Source of the DNA: a virus
Lineage: Duplodnaviria > Caudoviricetes
Strand: one strand, 5' to 3'
DNA: 44,171 nt
Virus record (IMG/VR): IMGVR_UViG_3300012940_000011
Coordinates: 1 to 44,171 of that record
Shown here: positions 17,041-26,150 of the stretch, in pieces
Layout: each line of letters opens with the position of its first letter
Position numbering within the stretch: position 1 is the first letter of the stretch
Made by a program: the position numbers and the translations under genes
Notes under the pieces: model-generated
Told to the model about the DNA's origin: nothing
Database searches by the model: none
The model's input: only the letters and a program-made list of their open reading frames with translations

Positions 17041-18672
17041 TCAATTCTCCTTCTGATCTAAAACGCGATGGATCACGTTCATTTTCTCTAGCGCCTTCAC
17101 TAGAATTTTCTCGGAGATTGAGCCGGGGGCGACAAAAATCTCCGCGCTTACCAAATTCTCTTGGCCGAACCTATCGAGGCGGGAGACGGCTTGCTCATTC
17201 TGTGCCGGCACCCAATCGGGTTCTGCCAAGTAGCACCGGGAACAAACCTTTTGCAGCCCATCCAAGCCGGTGCCCGCTGCCTGGATATTGCCGATGAACA
17301 CGCGCACATTATCGCGCATCACGAAATCGTCAACCGCTTTCTGCCGAGCGGCGGCCGATTTTCGTCCGTCGATCCGAACGGTGCCAAAGCGGGACAATTC
17401 CCGCTCGAAAATGTCCAGCACCTCAAGGTGCCATCCAAAAATGGTTAATTTCTCGTCGCTGCCTTCGAGAAAATCTTGGGCATAGGCGGCGATTTGCGGC
17501 GCCAGCGCAACGCCCATGAGACGGCGCACCTCGGCGATATGTCCGAGAATTTCAAAATCCTTGGTGGTCTGAATTTCGTCGATGGAGATATCAAGCAAGC
17601 CCTCGGCGTCGAGCGCCGCTTTCACCGGGCCGTTTTCCTCGCATTTCACGATGGAATAGCGCGGTGGCTTCATGTAGCGCAGCACGTCTTTTTTCTCGTG
17701 GCGGGCCATGATATTCACGCGCAGCCGATTTTGTAGCTCAAGCTCAAGGCTCGTGCTTTCGAGCTTGAACCGCTTGCCCTCTATCGTTTTCATGTCGGCC
17801 TGGCGGTTATAGCGTTCCTTGAATTGATCCTCGCTCATAAAGTCGATTGCTTCCCAATCGAAATGCCGGAAAAGGACGTAGCACTCGCTCGGCCGGTTCA
17901 ACAGGAGCGTGCCGGTCAAGGCCAGGTGCTCGCGGCAATGCCTGGCGATTGCCTTCATTTTGTGCTCACCGTGCTGATATTCTCCGCGCGAATTTCCGAG
18001 CACGGCGCGCGTCGTGAGCGCGTCGATATTTTTCATCTTGTGCGCTTCGTCGCAAATCAGCACGTCCCATTGGTATTTCGAGATCGCCCGGATGATCGCT
18101 GGATTTCTCGCGGCGTCGTAGCTGATAATCTGATAATTCGCCGTGGGGTGGATCCCGTCCTTGACCTTGAGCATGGTTGAAACCTTGCACATGGGGATAG
18201 TGGACCATTCCTCGATCCGCTCGGCCCATTGGAGCCGCACCGACGCCGGCACGATGACAAGCACACGCTGCGCCTCGCGCACGTTGCAATAGACGATTGC
18301 GGTTGGCGTCTTGCCTAGCCCCGGCTGGTCGCCGTCGATCCCACCTTTGCGCGGCAGCAGATAGTCGAGAACAGCGCGCTGGTAATCCCAAAGGTTTTTC
18401 CCCGGCGGGCACCAGCGCGAATAGTCGGTGCCGTCGAGCGCGCGGGACAGGTCGATTTGCTTGCGGTAGGCGCCAAGCTGCGGCGCGTCCGGTTCGGCGA
18501 GATCAGCGAGTGCATAGGGATTGGTGCCCCATAGCACGGCCTTTTCCCGCGACGAAGCGGACGTGCTGAATGTCAGGCCCCGGTAGGCCATGAGATTCGC
18601 AATTTCCTTTTTCTGCGCCGCCGGGACGTGCAGAATGAAATTTGAACCGTTCTCCGTGACTTCCATTTTCAT
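17041..18672 (-). CDS. SNF2-family helicase
   Basis: DQPGLGKT, DEAH, LTGT, GTGLDGLQ, QAVSRLDRFGQ motifs. Confidence 0.92.
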   Translation of the reverse strand: MKMEVTENGSNFILHVPAAQKKEIANLMAYRGLTFSTSASSREKAVLWGTNPYALADLAEPDAPQLGAYRKQIDLSRALDGTDYSRWCPPGKNLWDYQRAVLDYLLPRKGGIDGDQPGLGKTPTAIVYCNVREAQRVLVIVPASVRLQWAERIEEWSTIPMCKVSTMLKVKDGIHPTANYQIISYDAARNPAIIRAISKYQWDVLICDEAHKMKNIDALTTRAVLGNSRGEYQHGEHKMKAIARHCREHLALTGTLLLNRPSECYVLFRHFDWEAIDFMSEDQFKERYNRQADMKTIEGKRFKLESTSLELELQNRLRVNIMARHEKKDVLRYMKPPRYSIVKCEENGPVKAALDAEGLLDISIDEIQTTKDFEILGHIAEVRRLMGVALAPQIAAYAQDFLEGSDEKLTIFGWHLEVLDIFERELSRFGTVRIDGRKSAAARQKAVDDFVMRDNVRVFIGNIQAAGTGLDGLQKVCSRCYLAEPDWVPAQNEQAVSRLDRFGQENLVSAEIFVAPGSISEKILVKALEKMNVIHRVLDQKEN

Positions 18673-18888
18673 TTATTCCGCTCTCGGCATCATCATGGTT
18701 TTATCGAAATTGATATAGAGCACACCGTCTTCCTGCTTCGCCTCGAATTTGTAGTCGAACCAGCCCGCACCGTCCGGCGGGGTGAAAATCCATTCCACGA
18801 ATTGATCCGGCGACGTGAAGGCGCGCATGATCAGCTTCGGGAATTCCGCCTGCGGTCCCGGCGTAAAGCGGAAACCTTCGTCGCTCAC
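18673..18888 (-). CDS. Hypothetical protein
   Basis: GTGA overlap with the upstream gene. Confidence 0.6.
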   Translation of the reverse strand: MSDEGFRFTPGPQAEFPKLIMRAFTSPDQFVEWIFTPPDGAGWFDYKFEAKQEDGVLYINFDKTMMMPRAE

Positions 18889-19091
18889 AGGTCGAATTCC
18901 AGCGCCGGCTTTTCGTTATAGGGCAGCGGCCCGATCCAGCCGGCGACGGTGCCCGCGATAGGCTCTTTGAGATTGTTCAACCAGCCATGACCGCCAGCAA
19001 GCCAAAAGCGAATAACGGTCGGTGCTTCAACGCCGTGCATATAGCAGACATAGTGCCCGGTTTCGCGAGGTGTGCCGGTCTCAATTTTCAC
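18885..19091 (-). CDS. Small DUF551-like protein ending LEFDL
   Basis: GWIGPLP; paralogue of 13163-13399. Confidence 0.7.
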   Translation of the reverse strand: MKIETGTPRETGHYVCYMHGVEAPTVIRFWLAGGHGWLNNLKEPIAGTVAGWIGPLPYNEKPALEFDL

Positions 19092-19786
19092 AGGTCATAC
19101 TCCTGCGCCGTGCTCGCAGCCGGTGGCCTCGGAAGCTGCTCACCCAGGCGAGCCGCCGCGCGGGCTTGGTCCGCCAGCCGCGTAAGCAGCGCCTCGTGAA
19201 CCTCAGGGCCCCACTCGATCAGCATTTGCCGGATTTCGTCCAGCGACCAGCCACCGAATTGCGCGGCGGCAATGATCTTCGCCTTGTCAAGCTGCTCTGC
19301 CGTGTAGCGCCGCGTCCCGCCTTCCGAGCGGGCGACGGGGCCGAGCAAGCCTTGATTCTCCCAATACCGCACGCCGCGCCGCGAGGTGCAACCGGCCCGA
19401 CACATTTCTTCAACGGTGTGATTTCCAGACATAACAACCATCCTTTCTCGCGTTGCCGCAGCTTTCCTAGCGCCCGATACTGCGGTGCCGTGACGGCGCT
19501 TGTCTTCCGCATTTCCCTTGGGCAAATCCCACCTCAAATTTTCGAGATTGACATTTAGCTTATTTCCGTCGCCGTGGCACGCTTCCATCCCCTTCGGTCT
19601 TGGGCCTACAAATGCTTCAAGCACCAGCGAATGAACCGTCCGAACATTTCCGCGCCTAAGCTGCACTTGAAGATATCCGTGCGAGCCGGTGGCCGGCGAA
19701 AGAATTTGTTTTTCTGAACGGACATTACCGAGATTAGAAACCTCGTAACCGGTATATCCGACGCAGGGTTTCCAAATTTCAGTCAC
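19088..19786 (-). CDS. NUMOD4-HNH endonuclease fused in frame to a MerR-family HTH (internal start 19432)
   Basis: EIWKP..GY..YEVSNLGNVRS; VHSLVLEAFVG..P....CHGDGN..N....NLRW; then RGVRYWENQGLL...RSEGGTRRY. Confidence 0.85.
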   Translation of the reverse strand: MTEIWKPCVGYTGYEVSNLGNVRSEKQILSPATGSHGYLQVQLRRGNVRTVHSLVLEAFVGPRPKGMEACHGDGNKLNVNLENLRWDLPKGNAEDKRRHGTAVSGARKAAATRERMVVMSGNHTVEEMCRAGCTSRRGVRYWENQGLLGPVARSEGGTRRYTAEQLDKAKIIAAAQFGGWSLDEIRQMLIEWGPEVHEALLTRLADQARAAARLGEQLPRPPAASTAQEYDL

Positions 19787-20198
19787 CAAAAATCTCCTGC
19801 TCAAATTCTACGAGAGGAACCTTGCTCCAATAATGCACACGTTCCACCACATAAAATTTCTGCAAACGGACAAAATGAAAAGGAAGCCCGGCATAGTCCA
19901 ATTCAAATTCGAGCCGCTTGGGTGATTTCAGTACCGCCGGCCAATGCAAGGTGTGGCCGACCGCGATAGCGAGCGCCGGCCACATGGGCGCCAATTCCTC
20001 GACCATGTAACCCACGCGCGGCTGCCAGTGAGGAAGCCAGGCGTTGACCGCTGCGGCGTTCGGGTCCGTGCGGTGCATCTGCGCCCATTGCGCGACCTTC
20101 TCTTTCCACTCGGCGATGACGCCGGGCCGGTTGCCGGTGGCCTTCATCGCCTTGACGATTGCCCACGTCTCGCCCTGCCAGAATTGCCGGCCGCTCAT
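19779..20198 (-). CDS. Hypothetical protein
   Basis: ATGA-coupled; GAGGA RBS. Confidence 0.65.
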   Translation of the reverse strand: MSGRQFWQGETWAIVKAMKATGNRPGVIAEWKEKVAQWAQMHRTDPNAAAVNAWLPHWQPRVGYMVEELAPMWPALAIAVGHTLHWPAVLKSPKRLEFELDYAGLPFHFVRLQKFYVVERVHYWSKVPLVEFEQEIFGD

Positions 20199-20413
20199 AG
20201 ATTTATATCCTCGATTTCATGAGTATGCCATGCTTGGCGCTGTTGTGCACCGCAACGTTCGCACACTCTATGACGATAGGCTTTCAAAGGCTCATATTTG
20301 ATTTCAGCAGGTCGAGGTGCAGGCATCATCGGTTCGACGACATGAAAGAATAATCCCCATGGCAACCAAGCGTGCCCATAATATTCGCATTTAGCGCGCG
20401 CGTTCGTGCTCAT
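20195..20413 (-). CDS. Small C..GH..CxRCG protein (DUF1660-like)
   Basis: CEYYGHAW...RVCERCG. Confidence 0.6.
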   Translation of the reverse strand: MSTNARAKCEYYGHAWLPWGLFFHVVEPMMPAPRPAEIKYEPLKAYRHRVCERCGAQQRQAWHTHEIEDINL

Positions 20414-22308
20414 AGATCATACTCCCGCTTCGGAATTGCCCATTTGCCTTTCGTCGGTTTCAGGAACGTGAGCGCTTCGTGCTTTGCCAATTGCTTGCGC
20501 ACCAAATCTTTGTCGAGTCCGTGCGTGCCGGCGATTTCCATCACAAGCACCTGTTCGCTCGTCTCTCCACCGAGCCCTTCGAGCACGCGCACAACCTCTT
20601 CAACGCTCGCCCACGAATATCGGCTCCCATTGCTCTTCGGCGTCGCATCGGCGAGCGCCGCGCTGCGCTCAAGCACGATAGAGGGGCCCATTTCCTTGAC
20701 CGCAAAATAACTGATTTCGTCGGACACGTCCGCGTCTTTTTGCTTGCGCACGCGAAATTCCGTTCCGCCCACTTTCAACTTCGTGGAAATCACCGTGTCC
20801 ATGTTGGCATAGAAAGCGCTCGAACCGCGCGCGCCCTTGTTCTGGTCTTTGCCGGTATGGTGGATCGCGAGCACGAAGCACTCGTAATAGCGGGCAAGCT
20901 GCTCCATGAAATTCGTGATCATGCTCGCGTCTTTGGCGGAATTCTCGTCTAGGCCGGTAATCAGGCGCGTGAGCGTGTCGATCACGATCAGCGCGGGCTT
21001 GGCGTTCAATTCGGCGAGATCGGCTTTGACGTGCTCCCATGCGTCGCTATCGGTATAGAACGGCACGCGGTCTTTGATCAGAAACCTATGGTCATTGCGG
21101 AATTCGATATTCTGCCATTCCATCCACGCCGGCCAGCGCTTTTTCGCCGTCGCTACGGGGCCTTCGCCAGCAAGGAAAAGCACGTCATTCTTGACCGGCG
21201 GGGCACCCCATTGGCCGGGGATGCCGAAAGCCAGGCACAAGGCCATGTCCAGCGCGAGGAACGACTTGTAGCTGCCACTCTCGCCGTAGATCATGCCAAT
21301 GCCAGCCGCCGGCAGCACGTTGGGAATGAGCCACGTTGGATCCTGCACGTTGTCGGCGTAGGTGTGCAAGAATTGGATTTTGTCACGTCCACGATCAACC
21401 GGCGCCGGGGGCTCGAATTCCTGCCCGACGAAATTGGAAAAGGCATCGGCGTTCGCCTGAAACCCTTTCACGCCGCCCTCTGTGTCTTCCCCGTAATTCG
21501 CCGCGTTACGGACGATTTGCTCAAGCTCCCAATCATCCCACGGCGGCGAGCAATGAGGATTCCAGTGCTCCCATAGGAGATCGAAGCACGTCCCGGGCGA
21601 AACCGCTTTGTCGAGAATGGACGCGGCCACCTGAAACGCGAGATTGTTGCCGCCGTGCCCTTCAACCGACACGCGGCCGGTCGCCACATAATTCTTGATC
21701 AGGTCCAATGCCCACGCGACATTGCGCGGCTGGTCTGCGTCCGGGTTTTTGTCGAGCCCTAGCGTGTCGGTCTTTTTCCGCTCGGGGACGATTGCGGCCA
21801 TGTGAGAGGGCAGGGGATTGATCGTGCCACCGGGCAGCGCGGTATAGGTGCCGTCCACACGCCCGGGCCCTGCGCGCGTCTTGGAGCCGGGCAGGATCAC
21901 ATAGCCGCCCGAGACCATCTTGCCGTCGCGCATGAAGCCGCCGCGCGTGTCGATCCCGTCCGCTATGCGGCTGGCGGTGCTCGGTCCCTCACCCTTGAAA
22001 TAGACGTGCAAGCCGCCTTTGGGGGTGCGAACCTGGAAAGCCGCGTCCACGGCCTCTTTCACCGCCGGGTCACGTTCCAGCAGCTTGTTCCACCAGTCAA
22101 TGCCGGCCGGGTCGATATCGAAGACGAAAAGCCCGCTCGGGCCGCACGCCACGGCCCAGTTGAAATCGGGGTTGATACGCAACCACTCGGCAATTTGCGC
22201 CGGGTCGTCGCTGGCATCTTTCCAACCGTTCGGTGTTGCCGGGTCTTTCGTGCCCGGCGAACACGGAAAAACCTTGCACCCCCGCAAAATGTCCGGTAAA
22301 TCCCGCAC
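20410..22308 (-). CDS. Bifunctional primase-polymerase fused to an AAA (RepA-like) helicase
   Basis: VFPC..GTKDP, FDID, TPKGGLHVYF, DTRG, GYVILPGS; GESGSYKS Walker A; IVIDTL; HHTGKD..ARGSSA. Confidence 0.9.
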   Translation of the reverse strand: MRDLPDILRGCKVFPCSPGTKDPATPNGWKDASDDPAQIAEWLRINPDFNWAVACGPSGLFVFDIDPAGIDWWNKLLERDPAVKEAVDAAFQVRTPKGGLHVYFKGEGPSTASRIADGIDTRGGFMRDGKMVSGGYVILPGSKTRAGPGRVDGTYTALPGGTINPLPSHMAAIVPERKKTDTLGLDKNPDADQPRNVAWALDLIKNYVATGRVSVEGHGGNNLAFQVAASILDKAVSPGTCFDLLWEHWNPHCSPPWDDWELEQIVRNAANYGEDTEGGVKGFQANADAFSNFVGQEFEPPAPVDRGRDKIQFLHTYADNVQDPTWLIPNVLPAAGIGMIYGESGSYKSFLALDMALCLAFGIPGQWGAPPVKNDVLFLAGEGPVATAKKRWPAWMEWQNIEFRNDHRFLIKDRVPFYTDSDAWEHVKADLAELNAKPALIVIDTLTRLITGLDENSAKDASMITNFMEQLARYYECFVLAIHHTGKDQNKGARGSSAFYANMDTVISTKLKVGGTEFRVRKQKDADVSDEISYFAVKEMGPSIVLERSAALADATPKSNGSRYSWASVEEVVRVLEGLGGETSEQVLVMEIAGTHGLDKDLVRKQLAKHEALTFLKPTKGKWAIPKREYDL

Positions 22309-22334
22309 ACGCTGCTCCCATGAGGCAGTTTGTT

Positions 22335-22372
22335 GAGCCCCCGGACGGTGCCCATGTCGTCCGGGGGTTTTT
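22335..22372 (+). terminator. Intrinsic terminator-like hairpin oriented on the + strand
   Basis: CCCCCGGACG-N10-CGTCCGGGGG-TTTTT. Confidence 0.6.
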
Positions 22373-22377
22373 ATATG

Positions 22378-22896
22378 TTACGCTGTGGCAGGCTCGAAAG
22401 CATCGCCGCGAGCCGCTAAACATAACCCTGCGTCAAGCAACATTGCAAGCGAATACCAATCTTGCGGCTGCGAGGTTGCCTTGTGATGCGGCCGCGAGCG
22501 ACCCAAATCTCCGACATTGACACAAAATCTTGTGGTGAAATTGCGTGCGGGGTGCTCGGTATTGTGCCAGTGGATCAAAGACCAATCGCCGCCGTGCAGG
22601 TTGTCGATATCGAGCATTGCACCCACACCGTTGAGCGAAAAGCGCAAAGCGATGCTCGCGCGATACCATGGATTCGGTCCATCGTCCCGGCGCTCGACTT
22701 GCGCCCCGTGTCTCTTCATGAGCCCTATCAGGGCGCGGGCGATGAATTCGCGGTCTGCCTTCCGGCTGGCGCACCTCGCGTTGAGGTCGTCCCGATCCAC
22801 GACCATTTGCACACCCTCGGGGCCTATGATCGCGAACGAAACCTTGTCCGGCTTGCTGGCAAGACCCATTCCCACTATTACGTTATGTTGCGGCAT
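22378..22896 (-). CDS. Hypothetical early protein
   Basis: GGGAG RBS; 172 aa. Confidence 0.65.
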   Translation of the reverse strand: MPQHNVIVGMGLASKPDKVSFAIIGPEGVQMVVDRDDLNARCASRKADREFIARALIGLMKRHGAQVERRDDGPNPWYRASIALRFSLNGVGAMLDIDNLHGGDWSLIHWHNTEHPARNFTTRFCVNVGDLGRSRPHHKATSQPQDWYSLAMLLDAGLCLAARGDAFEPATA

Positions 22897-22940
22897 ATTC
22901 GTTTCTCCCTATGCGATTTCCACATGGTGCCCGCCGATGC

Positions 22941-23126
22941 TCATGGACGAATAATCCCTTCGGTTTGCATATACTGATAGACGAATTCGCCGATATCGCG
23001 GGCCTTGTCTGGGGACAAGCGAGGGGTGCCGGACGGAAAGCGGGATTGCTCGCGAATGATCATCGCGATTGCTTCCACACGCCGGGCGCGCTTCGTCGCC
23101 AGCAAAAAGCGCATATCCACGCTCAA
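22941..23126 (-). CDS. Hypothetical early protein
   Basis: TTGA overlap; GGGAGG RBS. Confidence 0.55.
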   Translation of the reverse strand: MSVDMRFLLATKRARRVEAIAMIIREQSRFPSGTPRLSPDKARDIGEFVYQYMQTEGIIRP

Positions 23127-23335
23127 GCTGCCGCCTCCCGCGCACTGGCTTCCCGCTCGGCCATGAGAGCCGCTTGCATGAAGGTTCGGGCGTTGACGGC
23201 CGCGTAACTGGCCCGCTCGAACCGCAAGGCAAGCTCGGGATTATCCTTCGCCGCGTAGTGCCTGGCTTTGTCCGCCATTTCGGCTTGCAGGTCGCCTAGC
23301 TCGCGCAGGCGCTCCATTTTCTCCGCGTAGGTCAT
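23123..23335 (-). CDS. Hypothetical helical protein ending EAAA
   Basis: ATGA overlap at 23332-23335. Confidence 0.65.
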   Translation of the reverse strand: MTYAEKMERLRELGDLQAEMADKARHYAAKDNPELALRFERASYAAVNARTFMQAALMAEREASAREAAA

Positions 23336-23700
23336 GGCGCAATTCCCATGATCAATTGCACGAATTCGGGTGAGAATTGCCCTTCCTCGGTAAAGACGGG
23401 CTCGCAAATTTCTTCGTCCGGTGAAGAGCACCAGAGAGGCCACGGGCTGCGGCAATTGAGCGGCCGTGACAAGCGCCAGCGCTCGCCGCGAATGGTGAAA
23501 GGTACGTTCGCCACGGAAATCGAGCCGTCCGCTTCGTCCTGCCGAATCTCGAACGGGGCGCCGCTGTGCTCGCTTTCTGCGTTGCCGAGCCGTGCGCTAT
23601 GCCCGCGCGTTTCGTCTAGCAGGATCCACAAGCGCCCGTAGCACTTGAGCAAATCCGCTTCGTTGAAAAGGTCGCGGGGAATTACGCGGGTGTAGGTCAT
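23332..23700 (-). CDS. Hypothetical early protein
   Basis: YTRVIPRDLFNEA.LLKC.G N-terminus; coupled to its neighbours. Confidence 0.7.
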   Translation of the reverse strand: MTYTRVIPRDLFNEADLLKCYGRLWILLDETRGHSARLGNAESEHSGAPFEIRQDEADGSISVANVPFTIRGERWRLSRPLNCRSPWPLWCSSPDEEICEPVFTEEGQFSPEFVQLIMGIAP

Positions 23701-23846
23701 TCTGGTTCCCCTTCATTGTCAAGCGCGCGATAATAGCGCCACGCGCCGCCGCGAGATTGCTTGCGGAAAAGGTTGCGATTGGCAAAGCCGCCGAGCGCAT
23801 ACCATTCATTTTTTGTGATGCGCTTTTTGCGTTCGCGCTGCGCCAT
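23697..23846 (-). CDS. Small basic hypothetical protein
   Basis: MAQRERKKRITKNEWYALGGFAN...; AAGGA RBS; TAATG overlap. Confidence 0.6.
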   Translation of the reverse strand: MAQRERKKRITKNEWYALGGFANRNLFRKQSRGGAWRYYRALDNEGEPE

Positions 23847-24334
23847 TAGAAATCCTTTCCTTCGATTTCGGGCCCGTTGCCGCCGCTCTGCCATGGGATA
23901 TTGCGGAACGTGAAAGCCTGATAGGTTCCACCGTCCAGCGCATCGCCCTTTGGCGGGATTTTGCACCAGACTTGATAGACCGGCACGCTATACACGCCGT
24001 TTGATCCTAGCCGGTCAAATCGCACGAGCCGGAAATGGTCGATTGCGGCGATGCTCTCGGCATAGTCTGCCAACCGATTTTTATATTTCGGATTGCGCAG
24101 CACGGCCAAGCCGCCTTCGTGAAGCTCTCCCACGGCGACGGGGCGGCAACGTGCAATCGCACTTTCGATTGTGTCGAGATCGTCCAGGCTAACGGCTGCG
24201 GACGTCCTGCCAATTGACCAGCGCCGCGCCTTGCGTTCACTGGCATTGATCAGCTTGCGAAGCCCTATCACGTTGCCCCGCTCGATTTTGCCACTCTCGA
24301 TTGCGGCAAGGTGCTTTTCTGCGCTCTTGATCAT
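23846..24334 (-). CDS. Hypothetical early protein
   Basis: GGAG RBS; ATGA overlap; C-terminal FRNIPWQSGGNGPE. Confidence 0.7.
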   Translation of the reverse strand: MIKSAEKHLAAIESGKIERGNVIGLRKLINASERKARRWSIGRTSAAVSLDDLDTIESAIARCRPVAVGELHEGGLAVLRNPKYKNRLADYAESIAAIDHFRLVRFDRLGSNGVYSVPVYQVWCKIPPKGDALDGGTYQAFTFRNIPWQSGGNGPEIEGKDF

Positions 24335-25092
24335 GCTGCTATCTCCGTCATTCCAAGGGCGAAGCCGCCCCATTGTTCGGCCATGGCCCGCGCCACACCC
24401 GGGAAAAAACGCGAGCGCTCTTTCCCGCGATCAGCGCCGGGGCTCATGCTATGCACGCGATTTTCCGGCCGGCCCTCTTTGCCTAGCGCGGCGGCACATT
24501 CCGCTTCGCTCGAATAAACCGGCTTGAGGGCAGGCAAGCCGCGAAGCCAAAAGCATGTGCGCTTGCGCTCCCAATCTCCGAATTGCCACGGTTGCACGCT
24601 CTGCGCGAATTCCTGATAATTCCGAATTCTCGCCTTCGCGTGCTTGTGCATCACGGGATTTTCTACCGCGACGCGACTAACAGGCGCGTTCCAGAGATCA
24701 GAGAAAAGAGCGGCGCCAGCGTCCAGCTTTTGCCACATAAGCGCGCGCTTGGCTTCAAGGCTCATGTGAGGCCACCGGCTGCGCTCTTCGTCGCTGAAAT
24801 CCTCGCCTAGATTTTTCATCTTGCTAGGATCGTCCAGCCACCGCACGCCCGAATTGCAAAGCCGCGTGCAAGGCGGATGCGCGACGATAAGCAAATCCCA
24901 CCCCCAATGCACGATTTCCCGCGCATCGCCGATGATATGCCGGTTTGAACCGTCTTCCGAGCGGCGAAGGTCGCACGACCACGCATCATGCCCGAGCCGG
25001 TCGAATTCGCGCCTTACCGTGCCGGTAAATTCGCACGCGATCAGCACGCGAAGCGGCGCGCTCATTGCTCTAATGTGCTCTTCTGCAGTCAT
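24331..25092 (-). CDS. DNA cytosine methyltransferase-like protein
   Basis: VLIACEFTG, GHDAWSCDL, AHPPCT (catalytic PC), VENPV, QPWQFG, RSRFFPGVARAMAEQWG. Confidence 0.75.
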   Translation of the reverse strand: MTAEEHIRAMSAPLRVLIACEFTGTVRREFDRLGHDAWSCDLRRSEDGSNRHIIGDAREIVHWGWDLLIVAHPPCTRLCNSGVRWLDDPSKMKNLGEDFSDEERSRWPHMSLEAKRALMWQKLDAGAALFSDLWNAPVSRVAVENPVMHKHAKARIRNYQEFAQSVQPWQFGDWERKRTCFWLRGLPALKPVYSSEAECAAALGKEGRPENRVHSMSPGADRGKERSRFFPGVARAMAEQWGGFALGMTEIAA

Positions 25093-25120
25093 TGTGTCGC
25101 TCCTTTGAAAGCGGATTGAT
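25088..25120 (-). promoter_or_regulatory. Repeated early-gene leader motif, copy A
   Basis: ATCAATCCGCTTTCAAAGGAGCGACACAATG. Confidence 0.7.
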
Positions 25121-25123
25121 GTA

Positions 25124-25339
25124 TCAGCCGGCGCAAGCGCGCAGAAAACGCGCCCGGTCGAAATTCGGATTGGTGGCACAAAGCCGATCAGCGAAAATTT
25201 CCGCGACCTGTTCCGGGCCGTAAACGTCCGGCTGCATTTCGCGGATGATCGTTGCGATAGTGGCAAAATGCCGGTGCTCCATATTTGCAATTCCGGTCGA
25301 GATATCTTTCCGGTGCGCGGCTTTGGTTTTGAGTGCCAT
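25124..25339 (-). CDS. Hypothetical early protein
   Basis: RHF..IA...NPNFDRARFLRAC, a motif typical of small phage proteins. Confidence 0.7.
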   Translation of the reverse strand: MALKTKAAHRKDISTGIANMEHRHFATIATIIREMQPDVYGPEQVAEIFADRLCATNPNFDRARFLRACAG

Positions 25340-25368
25340 TGTTCATTCTCCATTGAAAGCGGATTGAT
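25337..25368 (-). promoter_or_regulatory. Repeated early-gene leader motif, copy B
   Basis: ATCAATCCGCTTTCAATGGAGAATGAACAATG. Confidence 0.7.
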
Positions 25369-25383
25369 AAATATTCCGTAACG

Positions 25384-25962
25384 TCACAAATCTAGATTTG
25401 CAAGAGTCTTTTTGTCCGGTCGCTGATAAATCGTCACATTGCGGCTTTTGCGATTTTCCACGCGCCACCAGCCGGCGAAGGCATCATGACGGCGGCAATT
25501 GAGCAAGGCGCGCGGAATTCGCGGTACGTCAAATTGCCTGATATTAGGCGCCAATCCGAGCAAGAGCCGCACGGCGATAAAACTATGCGAAACCGGATGC
25601 GCTGGCAAAATGCGCTTGATCCAATCCAAAAGCACGCCCACGGCTTCGGGATCACCTTTTGCCGCATCGGTCACATAGGCCGCAACAAGCTTAGGCGCCG
25701 CTTGCGCCCTGGCATCGCCGAGCGCGTCCAATTGTTCTTGAGCCTTGTCGGCATAGCGTCCGAGATCGAGCACGGCGCTAGGGCTTTCGACAAGCTCGAC
25801 TAGCTGCGCTGCGGTAAGCGGCTGGCCTCGCGAAAGAGCGTGGCGAATTTCCGTGATTGCCTCGCTTGTGTTTTCGTCCAGCCGTAAAACGCCAGCCTTG
25901 TTCATCTTGCGCGCCTTCGCCAATGAAATATGGAATCGCTCACAAAATTCAAAAATGTTCAT
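25384..25962 (-). CDS. Hypothetical protein with possible N-terminal HTH
   Basis: MNIFEFCERFHISLAKARKM resembles excisionase-type HTH; ends NLDL. Confidence 0.65.
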   Translation of the reverse strand: MNIFEFCERFHISLAKARKMNKAGVLRLDENTSEAITEIRHALSRGQPLTAAQLVELVESPSAVLDLGRYADKAQEQLDALGDARAQAAPKLVAAYVTDAAKGDPEAVGVLLDWIKRILPAHPVSHSFIAVRLLLGLAPNIRQFDVPRIPRALLNCRRHDAFAGWWRVENRKSRNVTIYQRPDKKTLANLDL

Positions 25963-26150
25963 GCCGGGCGCCTTTCACTATCTGCGCAATCCGAAATTGC
26001 TTTTGTCAAAGCCTCTTGTTTCCATCCATAGATGCGGAGAAATAAATCTCCATCCCCTTCGCAATCGGCATAAAAGGCTTTGCGGAATGTGTGGATCGCT
26101 TGTGCATCGCCGAGCCAAATTCCGCGCGCGTCAATCTGCCGAAAGCTCAT
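25959..26150 (-). CDS. Hypothetical early protein
   Basis: ATGA overlaps at both ends. Confidence 0.6.
   Translation of the reverse strand: MSFRQIDARGIWLGDAQAIHTFRKAFYADCEGDGDLFLRIYGWKQEALTKAISDCADSERRPA

Noticed and set aside
22909-22944. 11-aa mini-ORF MSIGGHHVEIA
   Set aside because: It has an ATGA overlap but is too short to support as a gene; possibly a remnant.
24331-25353. 340-aa version of the methyltransferase ORF
   Set aside because: The extension overlaps gene 25124-25339; the leader motif and RBS point to the start at 25092.
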